Notes: generated by a model from the letters alone, not told the origin. DNA of 64,000 nt from Auanema rhodensis (GCA_964057225.1 OZ059896.1:7998001-8062000), one strand, 5' to 3'. Shown: positions 45,519 to 61,240, numbered from the stretch's first letter. Made by a program: numbers and translations.

Positions 45519-46157
45519 CTAATCGTTACGTTCGTATATCATGTGAAACTTAAGGTCACATGACATCATTGTTATAACGAAAAAGCAAGTCTTACTTTTT
45601 TTGGAAGGAATCAGTAAGCCATGAGAATGCTGTTGAACTTCATGACAGATAGCACTGTTATCACATTCGGAACAATTACTTAAAAGGTCCAACGACTTTG
45701 TGGTAGAAGTCATATGAAAATCATTAGATGATCCAATTTCATACCTTAAAAAGGCATGTTGAACTAATAATGGTAACAAAATAATAGTTATACCTCCTAT
45801 TTTCTTTTAATAATTCCATAAGACGACTATGCTCAACTTGAAAATATAACTCTTTTGCTTCTTGAGCATTATTTGTTAATTTAAAAACATATATACCAGC
45901 ATCTTCTAAACGGAAGGGATGAATTTTAAGTGAAAAGCATTGAATATCAGCCCCTTCCAATATATGTTCAGTCATGATGAAACGACTATCTGTCAACTAA
46001 TAATCATTGTTTTTGTGCAGAACATGTGATAGAAAAAACATACCGGGACATTACCCTTAAACCAAGCATGGCTAAGATCAGCGGCACATTTTTGTGTTCT
46101 CGCTGTCATTCGAGGGTAACCTCCCTTATAAGAAGTTTCTTTGAACTGAATCGTCAT
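45519..46157 (-). CDS. Small Ig-like-domain protein of unknown function
   Basis: Spliced frame with WFK...SLKI....EDAGIY (Ig I-set-like). ATG follows a CAG acceptor. Confidence 0.55.
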
Positions 46158-46526
46158 CTGAGAGCATAAGGTTAATAAATAATAACTGCTTTACGATATC
46201 AACAAAGTTATAACTTCCGTTATATGGTATACTCTAACAGCCTGTATTTTTTTATTATCATATATAAAGAAGCATTGAATTCATTCAACAACTAAGGAAG
46301 TCCAGCAAAGTTTTGAGATATTAGACGAGTTTGAGAGAAAATAACATCAATATTTAAACAGGATTGAGAAGTCAATATTAAAAATAAGTATTTACAACAG
46401 GCATGTCTTAATTAAATTTGAAATAACAAACCGTACAATGAGAATTAATTTGTAAGTATTAAATAAAAATTCACGTTGATAAATCTGGTTCAGAAAACCG
46501 GGTTGAACTTTGCGTGCAATATATGT

Positions 46527-49500
46527 TTACCCATTTTCCATTTCTGGTGGCGGAGTTGCATTTCTAACAATAAAGTCTCCCATCCAGGTTTCGGTAAGGC
46601 CCGTTCTTTCGCCATCCGGTCTTGCTTGACTCAGATGTAACATCTAAAGAAAGAAATGACATACAAAGATTAGAAAAAACTCACGTTCTCATTGCACATT
46701 TGAAGAGCAATACTGAATGCAAACGCAACATGCATATTTTTCTCTGCTTTTCGTGTAACACGACTAGGTAATATAGCCGCTAACGAAGACATTGAATGAA
46801 CACCTATATAAATATAAGGTAATTATATAATTCTATCACATTAACCTTGCACATTGAAATCACTAACAACTACCCCAGAAGTAACTTGTTCTGTGCTATC
46901 ATCTCCGAACGTTGTTAAAACCTTTTTAAGCGTATCTTGTTGTATATCTTGTGGAGGGGCAAATACGGCTTTAACGATTGCGGCATCTTCTGAAACAAAA
47001 TTTAGAACCACTTAGTATATGACCTTACCGCTGCTGATAGAACAATCATCATTATCAGATAGAAAGGGTTCACACTATAAGAGTAATTGTCATAAATATT
47101 TGAGAAAAGTACTTACATTTCCCCCATTTGCATTTTCATCGCAAGACATATTCGTTTTTTTTTGTAATATATCCGCAGTCATCTAGGAAAAAATAAATTT
47201 TGAAATAGATAATTTCAATACTATACCCATGGTGACATTAAAATTTCTCTCATATACGCTTTCACTCTTGATTGATCGATATTAGTGTTAGTTATAGTTA
47301 CTTTTTTTTCCATTATCTGAAGAAAAAAGAATAAGCTGATACTACGTTAAAAAACATTACAGTAACAGTTTCCGATTCGTCTTCGTCGCTTTCATATTCA
47401 TCGTTCTGAATGTTCCATAGCTCACTTAAAAATATTTCCTGTGCGGGGTCACGTTCAGTAGTAGCTGTAGTAGGTACTGGAACGAAGGGGATTGAGAAAT
47501 TATCATCTTCTTCATATGGAAAATCATCATGTTCAGGGCTTTGCAAATCAATGGATCTTAATTTATTACTGTAAAACATCAAAATATTTGTGAAGACTAC
47601 TCTTCTGTTTCGCTCTCCTCATCCTGTGTGATAATTCGGAAACCGCTAAACATTCCAAGCCATTCTTTGCAAACATCTTCTACTTCACCATCTTCAACTT
47701 CCATGTTTGAAGATAAACCCTGGTTAAATTTATCGTCATCCACATGAGCAGGCATACTTCTTTGAAAACGTATTCCACCATATTTCCCCTACGACGTAAA
47801 AATAATCTAATATAATAAAAAAACAGGTGGAACCTGAAAAAGAAGCCCGGGCTTGATAAACATTTCAAAATCATAAGCAAAACTGTAAGGTCGCCGTTCA
47901 GTTGTTCTTTGTTTCAGAAACAGAGAATCTTCGGATTTTTCTAATAGGCTGCTTTTAACAGTGTTGAAACGATTCTCAGCTTCTGCACGATCAGTTTCAC
48001 TTGAAAGCACAAAGTAGCTGCAACATAAAAAATAAAACTTTTAACATTTGATGAGAACATACTGTTCTTCGCTTTTAGGTTCATCTCTTGATTTTTCTTT
48101 TCTAGTTTTTTTTTCTTTCTCTGGTACATTTTGGCCCGCTAAAATCTCCATAAAAAGCAAAATGAGCAAGCAATTGTAATTACCTTTCCAATGGGCATTA
48201 TCTTCTTTACCCAAACTCCTTAAAGCAAAATTAGTATCCAACTGAGGACCGTCAGCAGGAACATCCGGAACATCGTCTCCTGGAGCATTAGTGTTCACAG
48301 CATTTTGATCCGAGTCAGCACTGTTTCTAAAGAATCAAATTGCTCTACGTAAGATGAAATTTGACTAACATTTCAGCATCCATTAATTCTGTTAAAAACT
48401 CATCCGTCGGAGGCTCAGCTCGCGGAGTTCCTGTATCAACGTCTTCAAAATCATCGATATAATTATTATCAGTAAAATCTTCAAAATTATTTTCAAGAGA
48501 ATCAACTTCGCGATCGTCTATATTATTTCTATAGAGAATAATAAAGCATTTAATAGGATAAAATTTTAAACTGACTGATCAAATCGAGCAGCTATATCAG
48601 CTTCTTCAACCCATGGATCAGCTGGAACGCAAATCTTAAAATAAAAATGTTCTAATGTTTACACGCTTTTTTAACTAACAGGTTTATCCTCAATATCCAT
48701 AAAATAAACATGCTTTCCTGGTAGAAGTAATCTTTTCTTCCTAGCATATATATCTTCTTTGGAGCCACCTTGTGCTTCAGCATCTCTAGAATACATGAAG
48801 TTAATTGTGATATTTCTAAAACAAAGACAAACCGGGCCATGCTTTCTGCATCGTTTTCAGTTACTGTTTTCTCTACAAGCGTGGCATTCCAAACACATTC
48901 CAAATCACGGAAGTCAACGTCAAATCCAGAATTCTAGTAAACTTAATATGAGAAAAAAAATTGATTAGAGCATACCTCCATCGCCATCAACTCTAAACGA
49001 AGATCTTCACTTGGAATTGCAAATTCTTCAGAGTTAAACATGCTTTTCTTTTTTGGAATACCCTTAAGCCCAAAAAAAAGTTTGTAAAACTTAAACATAA
49101 GATGATACATTTTCTATTCTATCCGCAGCCAATTTTTTCATTGCTTCGAAGTCAATGCTTGATTCTTCAGTTGGTAAACTTATTTCATCACTTATCCACA
49201 TCTGATAAAATAAGATATAAAATTGTGAACAAAAATTTCAATTGCCTCCGTAATATCTTGACCTCTAATTTTACTTTGTCGGGAAATCTTTCTTTTCTTG
49301 GGCATCATAATTGTCATATTAGGAGCCATTGTAGTTTCCATGATAGTTCTATCGGGAAATTCAGTCATATCCATGGCGCTTTCTTCATTTTGTAACACAG
49401 ACTCACTTGAAGCTAAAAAAAAAGCGAAATGCAGAATTATTGAAAGTTCTAACGATCATTTTCTTCCGTTGGTGCATCTTGATGATCTCCGACATTATCA

Positions 49501-51118
49501 GAAAATACTGTAAACCACACATACAATGAAAACATGAAAAATAACTAACAGTCAACATCTTCCTCCACTTCAGGTATTGGTTTTGATTTGGCACTTCCAA
49601 TGAAAAGAGTGCAGTTTAATGGCTCATATTTAGGTAAAAAGTTATTTTCCGGGGCTTGGAATTCGATTGAGAGCGCGTTTACTATGTTGCCTGAGAAGCG
49701 GGACAATTTAATTTCAAAAAAAAGCAGTAAGCACCTCGAACACCATGAATAAAATTTTTGCTGCAGTTCGCGTTAATGGGAATTCGGTCCTGTTCTATGT
49801 GGCTGTGAACATAAAGTAAACGTCCGTCACCACTTGAACGCGCATTATTCAAGAGTAATGAGTTAGCGTTCTGATCACCGTGTTTCGATATAGCCTAAAG
49901 GGTATTTAACATAACTTTGGGAAATCTAAATTGTACCTGTTGATAATAGTCATTATCAATGGATTCCACAAATTTCATGGAAAGTTTATCTTCGTCTTCT
50001 TCGAGCATTAAATTCTTAATTGTTTCTCAATAATGGTTTAATGAATTCAACATACTCTCCACTTCATTCGAGATGCTTTCTTGTATCGACGCTCTTTTAT
50101 TGCAACAAGTTGGTCCCTGATATCATTCCTTGCAACTAACTCTTCCTCAATGTCTTCACCATCATCGTTGTTATCTATTCATCCCCATTATTCAAACATT
50201 ATTACCGTTTAGAAATACCGTCGGAATCAACGTCTTCGTCATAGACAACAGATTGCTCTTGATTCATTAGTTGTTGAAGTCGGTTTTGCAAATCAGTGGT
50301 AGCTAAAGATTAATCATCGGTGTCATCAAAATATTATTATATACCCCCTTTATCCTTTTTTGGTACAACTGGAGCTTCTTTTTTTAATTCATCCTCAGCT
50401 AAAAAAAAGAGTAGAACAGTTAAGAGCATATATGAATATTAGATACATTTTTTATGCGGTGAATTTTCAGCGATACTTTTGGTAAAATTAACACTTGTTT
50501 CCTGAGCGTCTAAATGAGTTTTGTCAACTCTATAGCCATAAACCGTTGAAGCAGCATCTATAGCAACTGCCATATCCTATAAAACTGAATTGAGAAACAT
50601 AGGAAGATTAAACACGCACCGAAATAGTTTCCCTATCAACACAACTTTTATCAATAACATCAAGAACAGTTCTTTGCTCAAAGCAATTAGTAAGTAGTAA
50701 TTTCGACTCTTTTTGTGCATTGAGAAGTTGAGCAACGATGCTGCTCTGATATTCACGATCTCAAAAGTGAAAAATGTATAAGTTCCATTTATCCTAACCT
50801 ACTTCCCTCTTGTTTTGCTTGACGAGACTCAGCTTGTCTTTTAGCTCTTTCTAGTAATATATTATTTTTTGCCTCTTGTAGATCTCTTTGTTGCTTTCGT
50901 ATAGCAGGATCGAGATTTAATAACTAAAAGGTTTTGTTGATTTCTAAATACTATGACAAAAAAACCGCCGTGCTTGTTGAAGGTTGATCATAGTCTTGGT
51001 CACTTTCCGCTCCAGACTCTGACTTTCTTTTTTTCTATAATCAGAATAATGTTACTGTTATCATTGAATCACGTACGGCTCGTCGTCGGCTGGTAATATT
51101 TGATGTGTGGTCTCCCAT
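46527..51118 (-). CDS. dpy-26: Condensin I kleisin CAP-H/Barren-like (DPY-26-like), many exons
   Basis: N-terminal AVAIDAASTVYGYRVDKTH resembles the CAP-H LDA..KIY..RVD motif. Long acidic linker. C-terminal AFAFSIALQMCNEN.LHL winged-helix motif. Confidence 0.72.
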
Positions 51119-52304
51119 GATGAAACAATTAGCTTCTAGTTAGTATAAGTATAGTGGGGGAACCTTTAAATCATCCCCAAGCTGAAAAACACTTCAAAGT
51201 TAAATCAGTCCGACCTAAGGTCAGGGAAAACGGGAGATTGTGCCCTCATTTCTTGTTAATTTGCAACGTTTGCTTCCCGCCTCTTGGCAATAGAGCACGG
51301 CTTACGCCAGACTTGATTCAAGTTTAATGGCTAGTATCGAGCAATTTTCTAACCCTTTTTTCATTTCTAAGATGAATTCAATGATGAACATTCATTTGCA
51401 TATTTTTTAGAAACATAAAATTTTAAAAACAAAACCTTTTTATTCTTAATTTACGAAATAAATTGTATTGCGTTAATTATAAAAAACATTAAATTGTTGG
51501 TATGATGTTTTAGTTTAAAAAGTAGAACGATTGAAGATTTTCTGTTATCTCCTCTTAGACACATGAAATTGTAAGAATAAAAATGTTTCATTGTACATGA
51601 AAATAACGAAAATAAAAATGATTTGAGAAATAAAACCAAGATTTAAACTAATTTTTTAACAATTCTTCATATTACAAGTTGATGCGATATAGTCTTGAGT
51701 ATAGAGATAGCAATAATTGAAATAAATCAACCGTTTCTATGGAAACATTAGTAGCCAATATTTCTTTATTTTAAATGATTTGAGTTACTAATTCAAAGAA
51801 GAAAAATGAGAACTTCTTTCTTGAAAGAGTTTATCCAATATCACAGATTTTTAAGTAAATAAGACCTATAGTTTTTTCACTGCAAATTATCGGAGAAATG
51901 AGGTAATATGCTACCCAATCAACTTTATTATACAGATCAACTGTAAGGTGATGTTTTCTGCTCAAGTATATTTTTTAATTTATCTTCATACATATAAACT
52001 CTCATATGGACTTTAAAGAACATGCGTTTATAAAACATATAATGTCATATTTATGCTAAACGGTTTAAATAGTTTGAAAGCTGAAGCTATAAGGAAAAAA
52101 AGTGTTGTTTATATAATAACTGTTTCAGTAACATTTTCAATGTATGAACGTACGCGTTCAACGATTTGTTGAATACAATTCTCGAATATTTAGTGTATAA
52201 CGTTATTATAAATAAACAAGAAAGACATGACAGAAGACGAGATTCTCCATGATAGATTTACTCCTAATAAACCATCTTGCTAGATAGAGTATAAAAACAT
52301 TTTC

Positions 52305-54597
52305 TTAGGTTTTAACTTCTGCTGAAATACCCTTGATATTCGTGATTGGAGCGCCAGCTTCTATTTGATTCTGGAAAGACTTCATCTTAACATTTCAATG
52401 GAGAATGTAGTTGTATACATACCACAAAAACAGGAACGCAAGCCAAGGAAACTTTTTCTGTAGTCTCTATGAATTTTTTGCATTCATCGGAGTATAGAAG
52501 TACTCTAACATGAAAATACATTGGCTCACATCTCATAGGCAATGAAAGGGATCCTATAGAATCACATGTGCATACAACTTCTGTGATTGAAGCGGGAATT
52601 CTCTGCAAAATATCGTTAAAATCATCATAATTGGGTATTGTGAATAATCTTACTTTTGGATTATAATTAAGTACATGATGATATGGGCATAGTGATCTTT
52701 CTCTTAATGGTTGATCTGGTAAAACATTAGCAGATCGGGATTCGATCGAGCATTCTTTATTGACAGGTGAAAGGTGGTTGCCGTTTTTCAATTGTTGTTC
52801 CAATACAATCTAAGCATAATTATTTTCGTTGATTATATAATATTAAAGTATAAATATTTTATTTTTAGGCGATTATCTCACTTGTTCTTCTGGATGAAAA
52901 TGTAAATAATCCTTTTCTTTTTCTTGCCTATCAAGAATCCTTGAGAAAGCTGTATTCATTACATCATCTGCATCAGAAGTGCATTCAATCGTCCGACGTA
53001 ACCTGTATCATGAATGATAAATAGGTTTTAATTATCATGTGAAATATTTTACGTTTTAGTAAAAAATTTATATAGATTACTTATGCATTTCTTTACTTTT
53101 TCATTCAATACAAAGAAAATCCTTAATGTGAAGCTTATTGAATTGCTACTTAACATAATCCCGTAATATATTTTTTAGTTTATGATTAAAAATAGTTTTC
53201 TTTGGTTTTTATATTCAAATATTAAGGTCATTTAGCTAACTCGTTGATATTTCGGAAGTCAATTTTATAAATACCAATAGCTCATATATTTGACAATAAA
53301 GAGAATAAGGAAGTCTTTTGAGCGTAAATTGAATAAGTTTCATCTCCATTTCAGTTTATATTATCATTACTAATAGATTCTATTTAATAATTTTGAAAAT
53401 CTGAATGCAACATTGACTTTTTTCAATCTGCAATATTTGCAAAAGGAAAAAAGTTGAAACACTTAAAAAAATTAATTTTTTTTTTGTATTTGAATAAGTA
53501 GTAATACGAAAGTTGCTAATGAGCTGCAACTAAGGTCTTGCTAATATGATGGTCAAATATCAAAAAGGTGACGTATACTTTTAATTATATAAATTTTGCA
53601 ATAATCGCCTACTTAATGAAAACTTGAAAAATAGGGAAATATAAAAAATTAAATGACCTTTCTATAAGTTTCATAAGTAAGTAGATTATCGTACCTGCTT
53701 TTAAATCTTTCAGAGTATGAAGTAGTGGATGCCTTCAAAATTCGTGCTTCCGTGAATGATAATAAAGACCAGATCTAGAACAGATATTTAAACGAATAAA
53801 TATCTCAGATACATTTCTAAAATTTTTTGGAAACTTTTAGGTAAAAAAACTAGTTTTCTCTATAATCACGTTTTCATATTCTTAGTATACAATTTTAAGA
53901 TGATTTGCGGTCACTAAGGTTAGGCAGCTGTTTCATAACGGTCAAATATGGGATAAGGTATGTTTGTTAAAAACAATCTTGTTTATCACGAATGTTTTTC
54001 ACAACAAACGTTTAAGTTGGCAGATGATATCAATGAATTTCGACAACAGTTTTCAAGATCTTCCCTTGTGCAACCTGTCACCAGCTAAACTATTGTTTAT
54101 GAGATATCCTTTGTTTTAAAAAGTTTTTGGATGGTACCTAGCCGAAATTTTGAAAGTGAACTTGAGGTAAACTAAATGTTCGCATATTCTAGCTTTTTTA
54201 CAGTGATCTTATAAGGATAAAAAATATATTCTAACCATTTTTTAAAAAAAAAATACTTGTGTTATTGAGAACATTGAGTAATAATTTTCAATAGAAAAAA
54301 CTCTTTAATTACCTAATTGATACATTTTTTTCTATTGCAAAATTTTTATCCTTCAAAGATAGATAAAAAAACTATATTTTGACTTGAATGTTTCATAAAA
54401 AAATGAATAATATGCATTGAAAATTAATTGTTTTTAATTTCGATTAATTAGTTAAAAACGTATTGTTTCTTATCGTTATGTACTAATTTAAGAATTAATA
54501 ATCAAATATAAAGCAATTTTGTAAGTATACTGATGCATAAATAGATATAACTTACCATGGATCCTAGAAAAATGGAAGTAAGAACTAGTCGTACCAT
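52305..54597 (-). CDS. Interleukin-17-like secreted cytokine
   Basis: Signal-peptide exons, ERSLCPY...NYNPKRIP..I.E..C.C, CEP...RVL, LACVPV cystine-knot motifs. Confidence 0.85.
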
Positions 54598-57500
54598 GAT
54601 CTTGTTGAGTTTAGACAGATAGAAAGCAGATATCAAATAAATGGAAAAGCTCACAATATGATAAAATAATTGAGTTATAAATGTTGCTGTGAGGTCAATT
54701 ATATTAGCTTTTGAGTAACAAAGGCGGAATTTTTCAACCTTTTTTAAGCCTCCTGCTTCAGCTAGGAGGCGGGGTTAACCACGAACTTAGGTTAATGATA
54801 TCTGCTTCCATTTTAGGAAAATATCATAGTAAGATTTTAGTAATATAATAGATCAGAAGAAGTAATACATACTAATATCTGAAAAAGTGATGTTTATAAA
54901 CTAACATAATTGGTATCATCATTTCATACTCGACGAAAAGAAATTTATGTTAAAACGACTTGTAATATTCCTTCTTATCTATCACAATGCTTCTTAAAGC
55001 TTGCTAATGAACATTTTTTTCAAATAAAGAGTTGATGAACAACCTTCACGCTATAAAAAAATAATCAATTGTTACTCGATCTATTAAGTTGAAGACCTAG
55101 TTCAATGATCTATATACATACACATTTATATTATATCAGCCGTCATATTAGAATAATGAGTATTAAATATATTTCTAAATGACAGTTAACAACCAAAACA
55201 AATGTATTAAAATTTTGAAATCCTATATTTTCTATATATTATCTATATATTTTAGAAAAAAAAAGACCCTTTCTTTCATCTTCTTCTAAGTTAAGGACAT
55301 TTTATAGGTATATTAAAAGATTGAACACTAGCAACGGAATTATCTTTTTTGTCTATTAATTCCAAAATATTAGCTCAAACATCTTCAATTCACTAATGCT
55401 ATATCAAATCGAAATCAGTCAGCTTAGTTATATGAATATTAGTTTTTTTCTTACAAAATATGAATGACCTAATTGCTTTTTGAATAAAAAATATATTGCT
55501 CCACTCTATGAATCTTTTACCGTAATCTTGAGATGTCGATCAGCAAACTTGATTTTAAGTTTTTGAATTAAGGAACGCAGTCTGAATTTTGTATTTACTA
55601 CGAATAAATTAAACAAACTACGTGCTTCGAAAAACTGAAAAAAATGTTTCCAACTCTTGCAAAAGTTTACAAATTGAACGATAGAATCATGACTGGCATC
55701 ACCAAGAGTTCTTGCATTTTTTTCTAATCATGAATTTTGAATTATATGAATCTATATGAAGTTTTTTGCTCTAGAAAATTATAATCATATTTGATTATAT
55801 TAAAATATAATTTATTGGCAATCTTAACAATATAGGTACAGACTATATTTGTAGTGAAACAGTTAACCGAGATAAGAGTTCTGAAATAGTAGAGTTGGCA
55901 CCTGTAATGAACAATTTCTGACATAGCTGTCAATTTATAAATCCATACCAATTATTTTCCGGTTATAATCTGCTGATTTTTTTTTCGTGTATTTTCTATT
56001 CCGGTTTTTGCTAAAGCCGTAATATATAAAACTATATGATCCTTTCCACATTTTGGTAAAGAATCATTACTCGACATTCTTGTATTGTTTTACAAAGTCT
56101 AATTATGAAGTTTAACTTTTTCTGTTTATCATTTTCAATTATGTAGAAGAAGTATTTCTGATCCATATATTATTTTCTATTTTTAATGGATCGTTAGTAC
56201 TAATAAGCCGCCCACATATTGGAAGTGAAGCAAGGAAAGCAAGTTTACTACAAATATTTCTATTACATCATACTTATTGTATATTGCACTTTCCAAAATA
56301 TTATCTGGGCTAGATCATTTCGATGCATCTGCATGAGGTCAGTCAGGTGAAATTTCCTATTATGCTAACTCGTCTTAAGCAAGTTCGACATAATTTAAAC
56401 ATTTTTTCTTTATTCTCTGCAAAAAACTACTAATCGGTTTTTGGTCATTCAAAGACGACGATTAGACAATTCAACTCACAATCATATCTTACAAATTTAC
56501 TTTTTGCATTTTTTAGATTATTAGTAATTTTTAAATTTATAAATCTTATCTTGCACAAAAACAAAATCGAATGCACATTCAAAACAAAAATTTTTATCAA
56601 TAAAGGTTTTTTAAATACAATTATGAATTTTAGAGAAAAATAACAATTGTAGTCATATAAAATATAATATGTGCTAGGTTGAGCTTGTAACATATTTATT
56701 CGCATAGAAAAGCAAGATGTGTTTACAATTTTATGCTGTGTGGTATTTTCAAATATTTTTCATTTCATTCTATAGATTTCCCAGAATCATCAACCATTTT
56801 AGTCTTGAAATTGATTTCGAACTGTCATCTCTTTTGTTCGATTGAATTAGGAATTTCTTGAATCAAAAAAAAAATTTTCGCCATTGCTAATTGAAGAATT
56901 CTTTTCTCGAAAATGTTCTCCTTTCTATATGTATGTATGTAACTGTTGTGTTCGAAGCACATCATCCAAAAAAGGCGGAGGCTCTCATCTAATTTGTCAC
57001 ATCTTTATCCCAACGTTCATAACATATCCCTTTGAAAATATTGATTCTATGCTTCTTCACCTAAGCTTTTTCATGTTATTTCAATTAATGTTGTTATATT
57101 TTATCAATAGCTACTTAAAATGAACAAATTATATTAAACTTTTACATACTTATCACTTTTTCTCCGCTATGAACAATTTACTATAGATTTTCATAAAGAA
57201 ATTTAATATTAATGAAATGAAATAAAATGAATATATTTCACAACTAACTTTGATTTTTTCCATTTTATAGAGGAAAAAATTGAATGTATAAAGAAATAGC
57301 AAGAATCTAATCATATATTTTTTTTGAAAGTTGAAAAATAAATTTTTTCGCTGTTGGGATAGAAAATATGAAGAGATTTTTGAAAAAAAATTCGAACGTA
57401 TCACAACATAAGCTTAAATAGACCAACATATGCTCTTCATTTTACTTCATTTTAAAACTATGTCTTCTTCGTTCTATTTTAATAAACTTAAGCCATAGAA

Positions 57501-58018
57501 AACTAAATATTTACACTGGCCGTGTGTTAGCCACCGATCATTTCAGTTTTCATTTTCATTTTCATACTTTATGTATATAAGATTTATGAATTGTTCTACC
57601 TTCTACATGATTTGCTTTTGAAAATTTCTAAATTTGGAGTCCTCAGTCTTTTTACATGCATGTATGTATGTGCTGAATGCTTTCTTCTATTATTCGTCTT
57701 TTTGCTCAATTTATTCAAAGAGGCAATACGTAGAGAGCATGTTAGTGAAGCTTTCAGCCACAAATTCGTTTCTGCTCTTCATTCCAATTCAAAAGCATTG
57801 TTTAGATGAAAATGTTTTTTTTAAATGTACTTTTGAATAATATGAAGACTTTTCTAAAAATGCGTGATAGTAATGCTAAGAAACAAGTTCCTGTTTACAG
57901 TTTTCATCTTTTTATCCTGTTTCTATTTCAATATTATATATTTTTAGCCGTTTTCAATAAATAGTTTGCTTATTAATTTCTAATTGCATACTATTTTAAA
58001 GTTTATGATTTAGTGAGA

Positions 58019-59098
58019 ATGTCTGAATCAATGTTTGTTTATTCTGTCCCATCCGAAGCCGACAAAGAAGAACTATTAGCATTCTTGTTAAAATATTTTT
58101 TGCATCAAGAATCTATGAATAGAGTTAGATAGGTCAAGCAGCTAGAAACACTGAAATCCTTTAATTTAGGCTGCGAATATGACGGAACAAAAATTTAAGC
58201 CATGCGCTAATGAAGTTTTGGATTGTTCATTGAATGTGCCGTTCTCTGTTATTGCACGTCATAAAGGTTAAAAACTTTGTTTCAAAAAATAATTGAAATA
58301 TTTTATATATTTTTTAAAGTTTCTGATGACTGAATAACATAAGAATAGTTCAGATACTAATGAACTAGCTGGAATATTACTTCAATCAATTTGGAAACGT
58401 TCAGATAAATCTGAAGATGCATATAATTTTGGATGTCAAAATAGCCCAGTTGGTTCAATAGGTAAAGTAGATTGTATGCTAGTATTTTTAAATCTGTTCA
58501 TTTAAGGTTTTGTCTTGAATAAGTTGCATAGTTCTCTGTATCATATAATTCCTAATCATATAAATTGTGTTTTACATAGGTAATCATTATTATTTTACCT
58601 TTAAACTTCATGAATAATATATTCAGAGAAATGAGTTGCGTTGCAAGCCATTTTCAAAGACAAGGTATTGCTAAGCAAATGGCTCTCTATCATATTAAAT
58701 CACCACAACTAACAGTAATTACATCATATCTTCTTGAATAAAAATAATTTTAAGGAATATGGAATTCAGGGAATAGCTTCAGAAACAACTTCCCAAGCAA
58801 ACCAGGCTTTACTGAAGAAATTGGGATTCAAGGTAACGTTTTTTTTCATAATTCCGTAATCATGTGTAATTGAAATCAAAATGAACTGATTCAAAAAATA
58901 TGACGAAAGATTTAGAAAAAAGTAATAATGATGAATACTATATCTGATATTCATATAGTTCAGTTGTAATGTTAAATTTTGAAATCGGAAAAAAACTACT
59001 CAAGTATAACCATTCCCCCACTCGTTTTGCTGAATTATTAATTTTTAAAATTACCAAATTTTATATGCAAAATTAGTTAAAGAGGAATATTTATATGT

Positions 59099-59146
<48 letters not shown>

Positions 59147-59296
59147 AAATATATTCAGAATTAAATATGTTAAATTACAAGTTTACAGGTTATCAAGGAA
59201 GTACATTTCAATGAAGTATTGAATTCAAATGGGGAGCAACTATTAAATTGTGACGATGGTACTGAGAAAGCTGTTTTAAATTATTTGGAGTTTTAA
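58019..59296 (+). CDS. GNAT (aaNAT-like) N-acetyltransferase
   Basis: FL.QE.MN, SCVASHFQRQGIAK (acetyl-CoA motif A), ETTSQANQALLKKLGF, CDDGT. Confidence 0.82.
59102..59143. repeat. (AT)n microsatellite in an intron
   Basis: About 21 AT units. Confidence 0.95.
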
Positions 59297-59973
59297 TAAA
59301 TAAACTCTAAATGAACTTTCTCTTTCAAAATTTTCCAAAACAATAAATATTTTAACTTATAGAATGATGTATCAAACATATCAACAAATAATAGAAATAT
59401 ATAGTTTTTATATGAAACAAATTAAAGATTCATTTTTTTCACATAATAAAAAAAATAAGAAATAGGATTAATCTTCTAAATGATTATTATCTTGAAACAT
59501 GTTACAGTTCGTTCGATAAACAAAACTATAAAGAAAAACTATTGTTTTAATACAAACGACTTATTGATTTTGACTAGTTTATCGGATATTTTATACAAGA
59601 TTCAACTATTTCTACAACTTTCATAATTCCTTTAAAATCTGGAATTGCGATGTCCAGATTAAACAGAATGAAAGGTGTACATTCGAGATGTAGATGACCA
59701 GATAAGAAAAGTAGTTCTTTCTTTTATTTTCTCATCTGTATTGTGAATCCTATTCACTTATTCGTGTTACGATAAAACACAAAGCTGGACGTGCTCAAAA
59801 AGTATTTTACCATCTGTTCTTTTTATCAAGATTTATAACTTTCTCATCTTTGTCATGATACAGATATTATAAATAATGTATAAAGAGAAATATCATCATC
59901 ATTTTAATGACTTCAAAGTATGTTTTGAGTCTAACTTTTGTTAATACCTTCTTATTTGTTTTTCAATGTTTCA

Positions 59974-61240
59974 GATCTTCTTCATACGATTTAGAAAACT
60001 TCGTAGTCTATGGCTTGTTGCACTTATCTTCTTTATTCTTTTTACCTATTTCATCTATGAAGTTCAATATAAAACTGGAATTGAAATTTTGCCTTTTATT
60101 CCTATAGATCAAAGTGGATTTCAGTAAGATTTGCTTGAATATTCTAAACATTTTTTCTGAATTTATATAATTATTAGATTGTATGATGATCATCAGTTAA
60201 TGAATGTTGAAGCTAGTGATGCAGCTCTTAGTCAGCCATCGAAAGGACAACTTCTATGTTGGATTATGACAACTTCTAATTTCCACAAAACTAGAGTAGA
60301 ATAACTTCTGGTGGTTCATAAATTAATTTTTAATCATGAACAGGTGAATGCCATAAATAGTACTTGGCCAAATCGATGCGATTCGTATCATTTCCTAACA
60401 AACGGAGATCGCTTCTTGGATCAAACAGTGCCATATCATACTATTTTCAAAAATCTTCCTCAAAGTTATTTCAAGTTATTTTGGAAAACACGTTTGGCTT
60501 TGCTATATGTATATCGAAATATATCTTCTGAATTTGATTGGTAATGGATAGTTTTTTTTTTAATTTCTATCTTGTATAGGTATTATAAAGCTGATGATGA
60601 TACCTATGTAGTTGTAGATAATTTGAAAAAATATCTAAATCAATTTGATCCTAATGAACCCCATTTCATAGGATTCCGTTTATCCAGAAGATCAGTGAGT
60701 CACATGACAATACAGAGATAAATATGTATTTATAAGAATTATGTTATAGAAAGAACATGGATATAACGCTGGTGGAAGTGGTTATGTTATGAGTCGAGCT
60801 GCTATGCAAATTTTCGCCGAAACACTTTTTCCAAATAAATCTCTGTGTGGTTACCATGAATGGGAAGATTTCGCTATAGCTAGGTTGCACTAATGTTCTA
60901 CATCAACTCTACATTAAATCGATATTTAGATGTTTATCTTCTGTATCCATATACCCGAAAGACAGTCGAGATGAGTTCGGTCGCCAAAGGTTTTTACCTT
61001 GGAGACCTGAACAGCATTATTTTGCTGATCTAACACGATCATTTTTAATGGATAACGTTGAATTTATGGTAATATTCTCATCCTTCTTAAAAATAAACCA
61101 ACAACATCTTGAACTTTGAGGGTCCATCAATTTTTCATCGCAATCTGATAGCTATGCATCATCTGTCTCCAGATGAGATTCGTCTTATTCATGGTATGCT
61201 TTACGGAGTTGCACCTGGTATTTACGATCTTGCTAAATGA
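59974..61240 (+). CDS. Core-1 beta-1,3-galactosyltransferase (C1GALT1/GT31)-like; start codon not identified
   Basis: Type II TM exon, LLCWIMT, TW..RCD, LFWKT, DWYYKADDDTY, GYNAGGSGYVMSRAA, ED...ARCL. Confidence 0.88.

Noticed and set aside
54600-58000. Short ORFs in the long AT-rich intergenic region
   Set aside because: Low-complexity F/I/K/L-rich translations with no motifs or coherent exon chain
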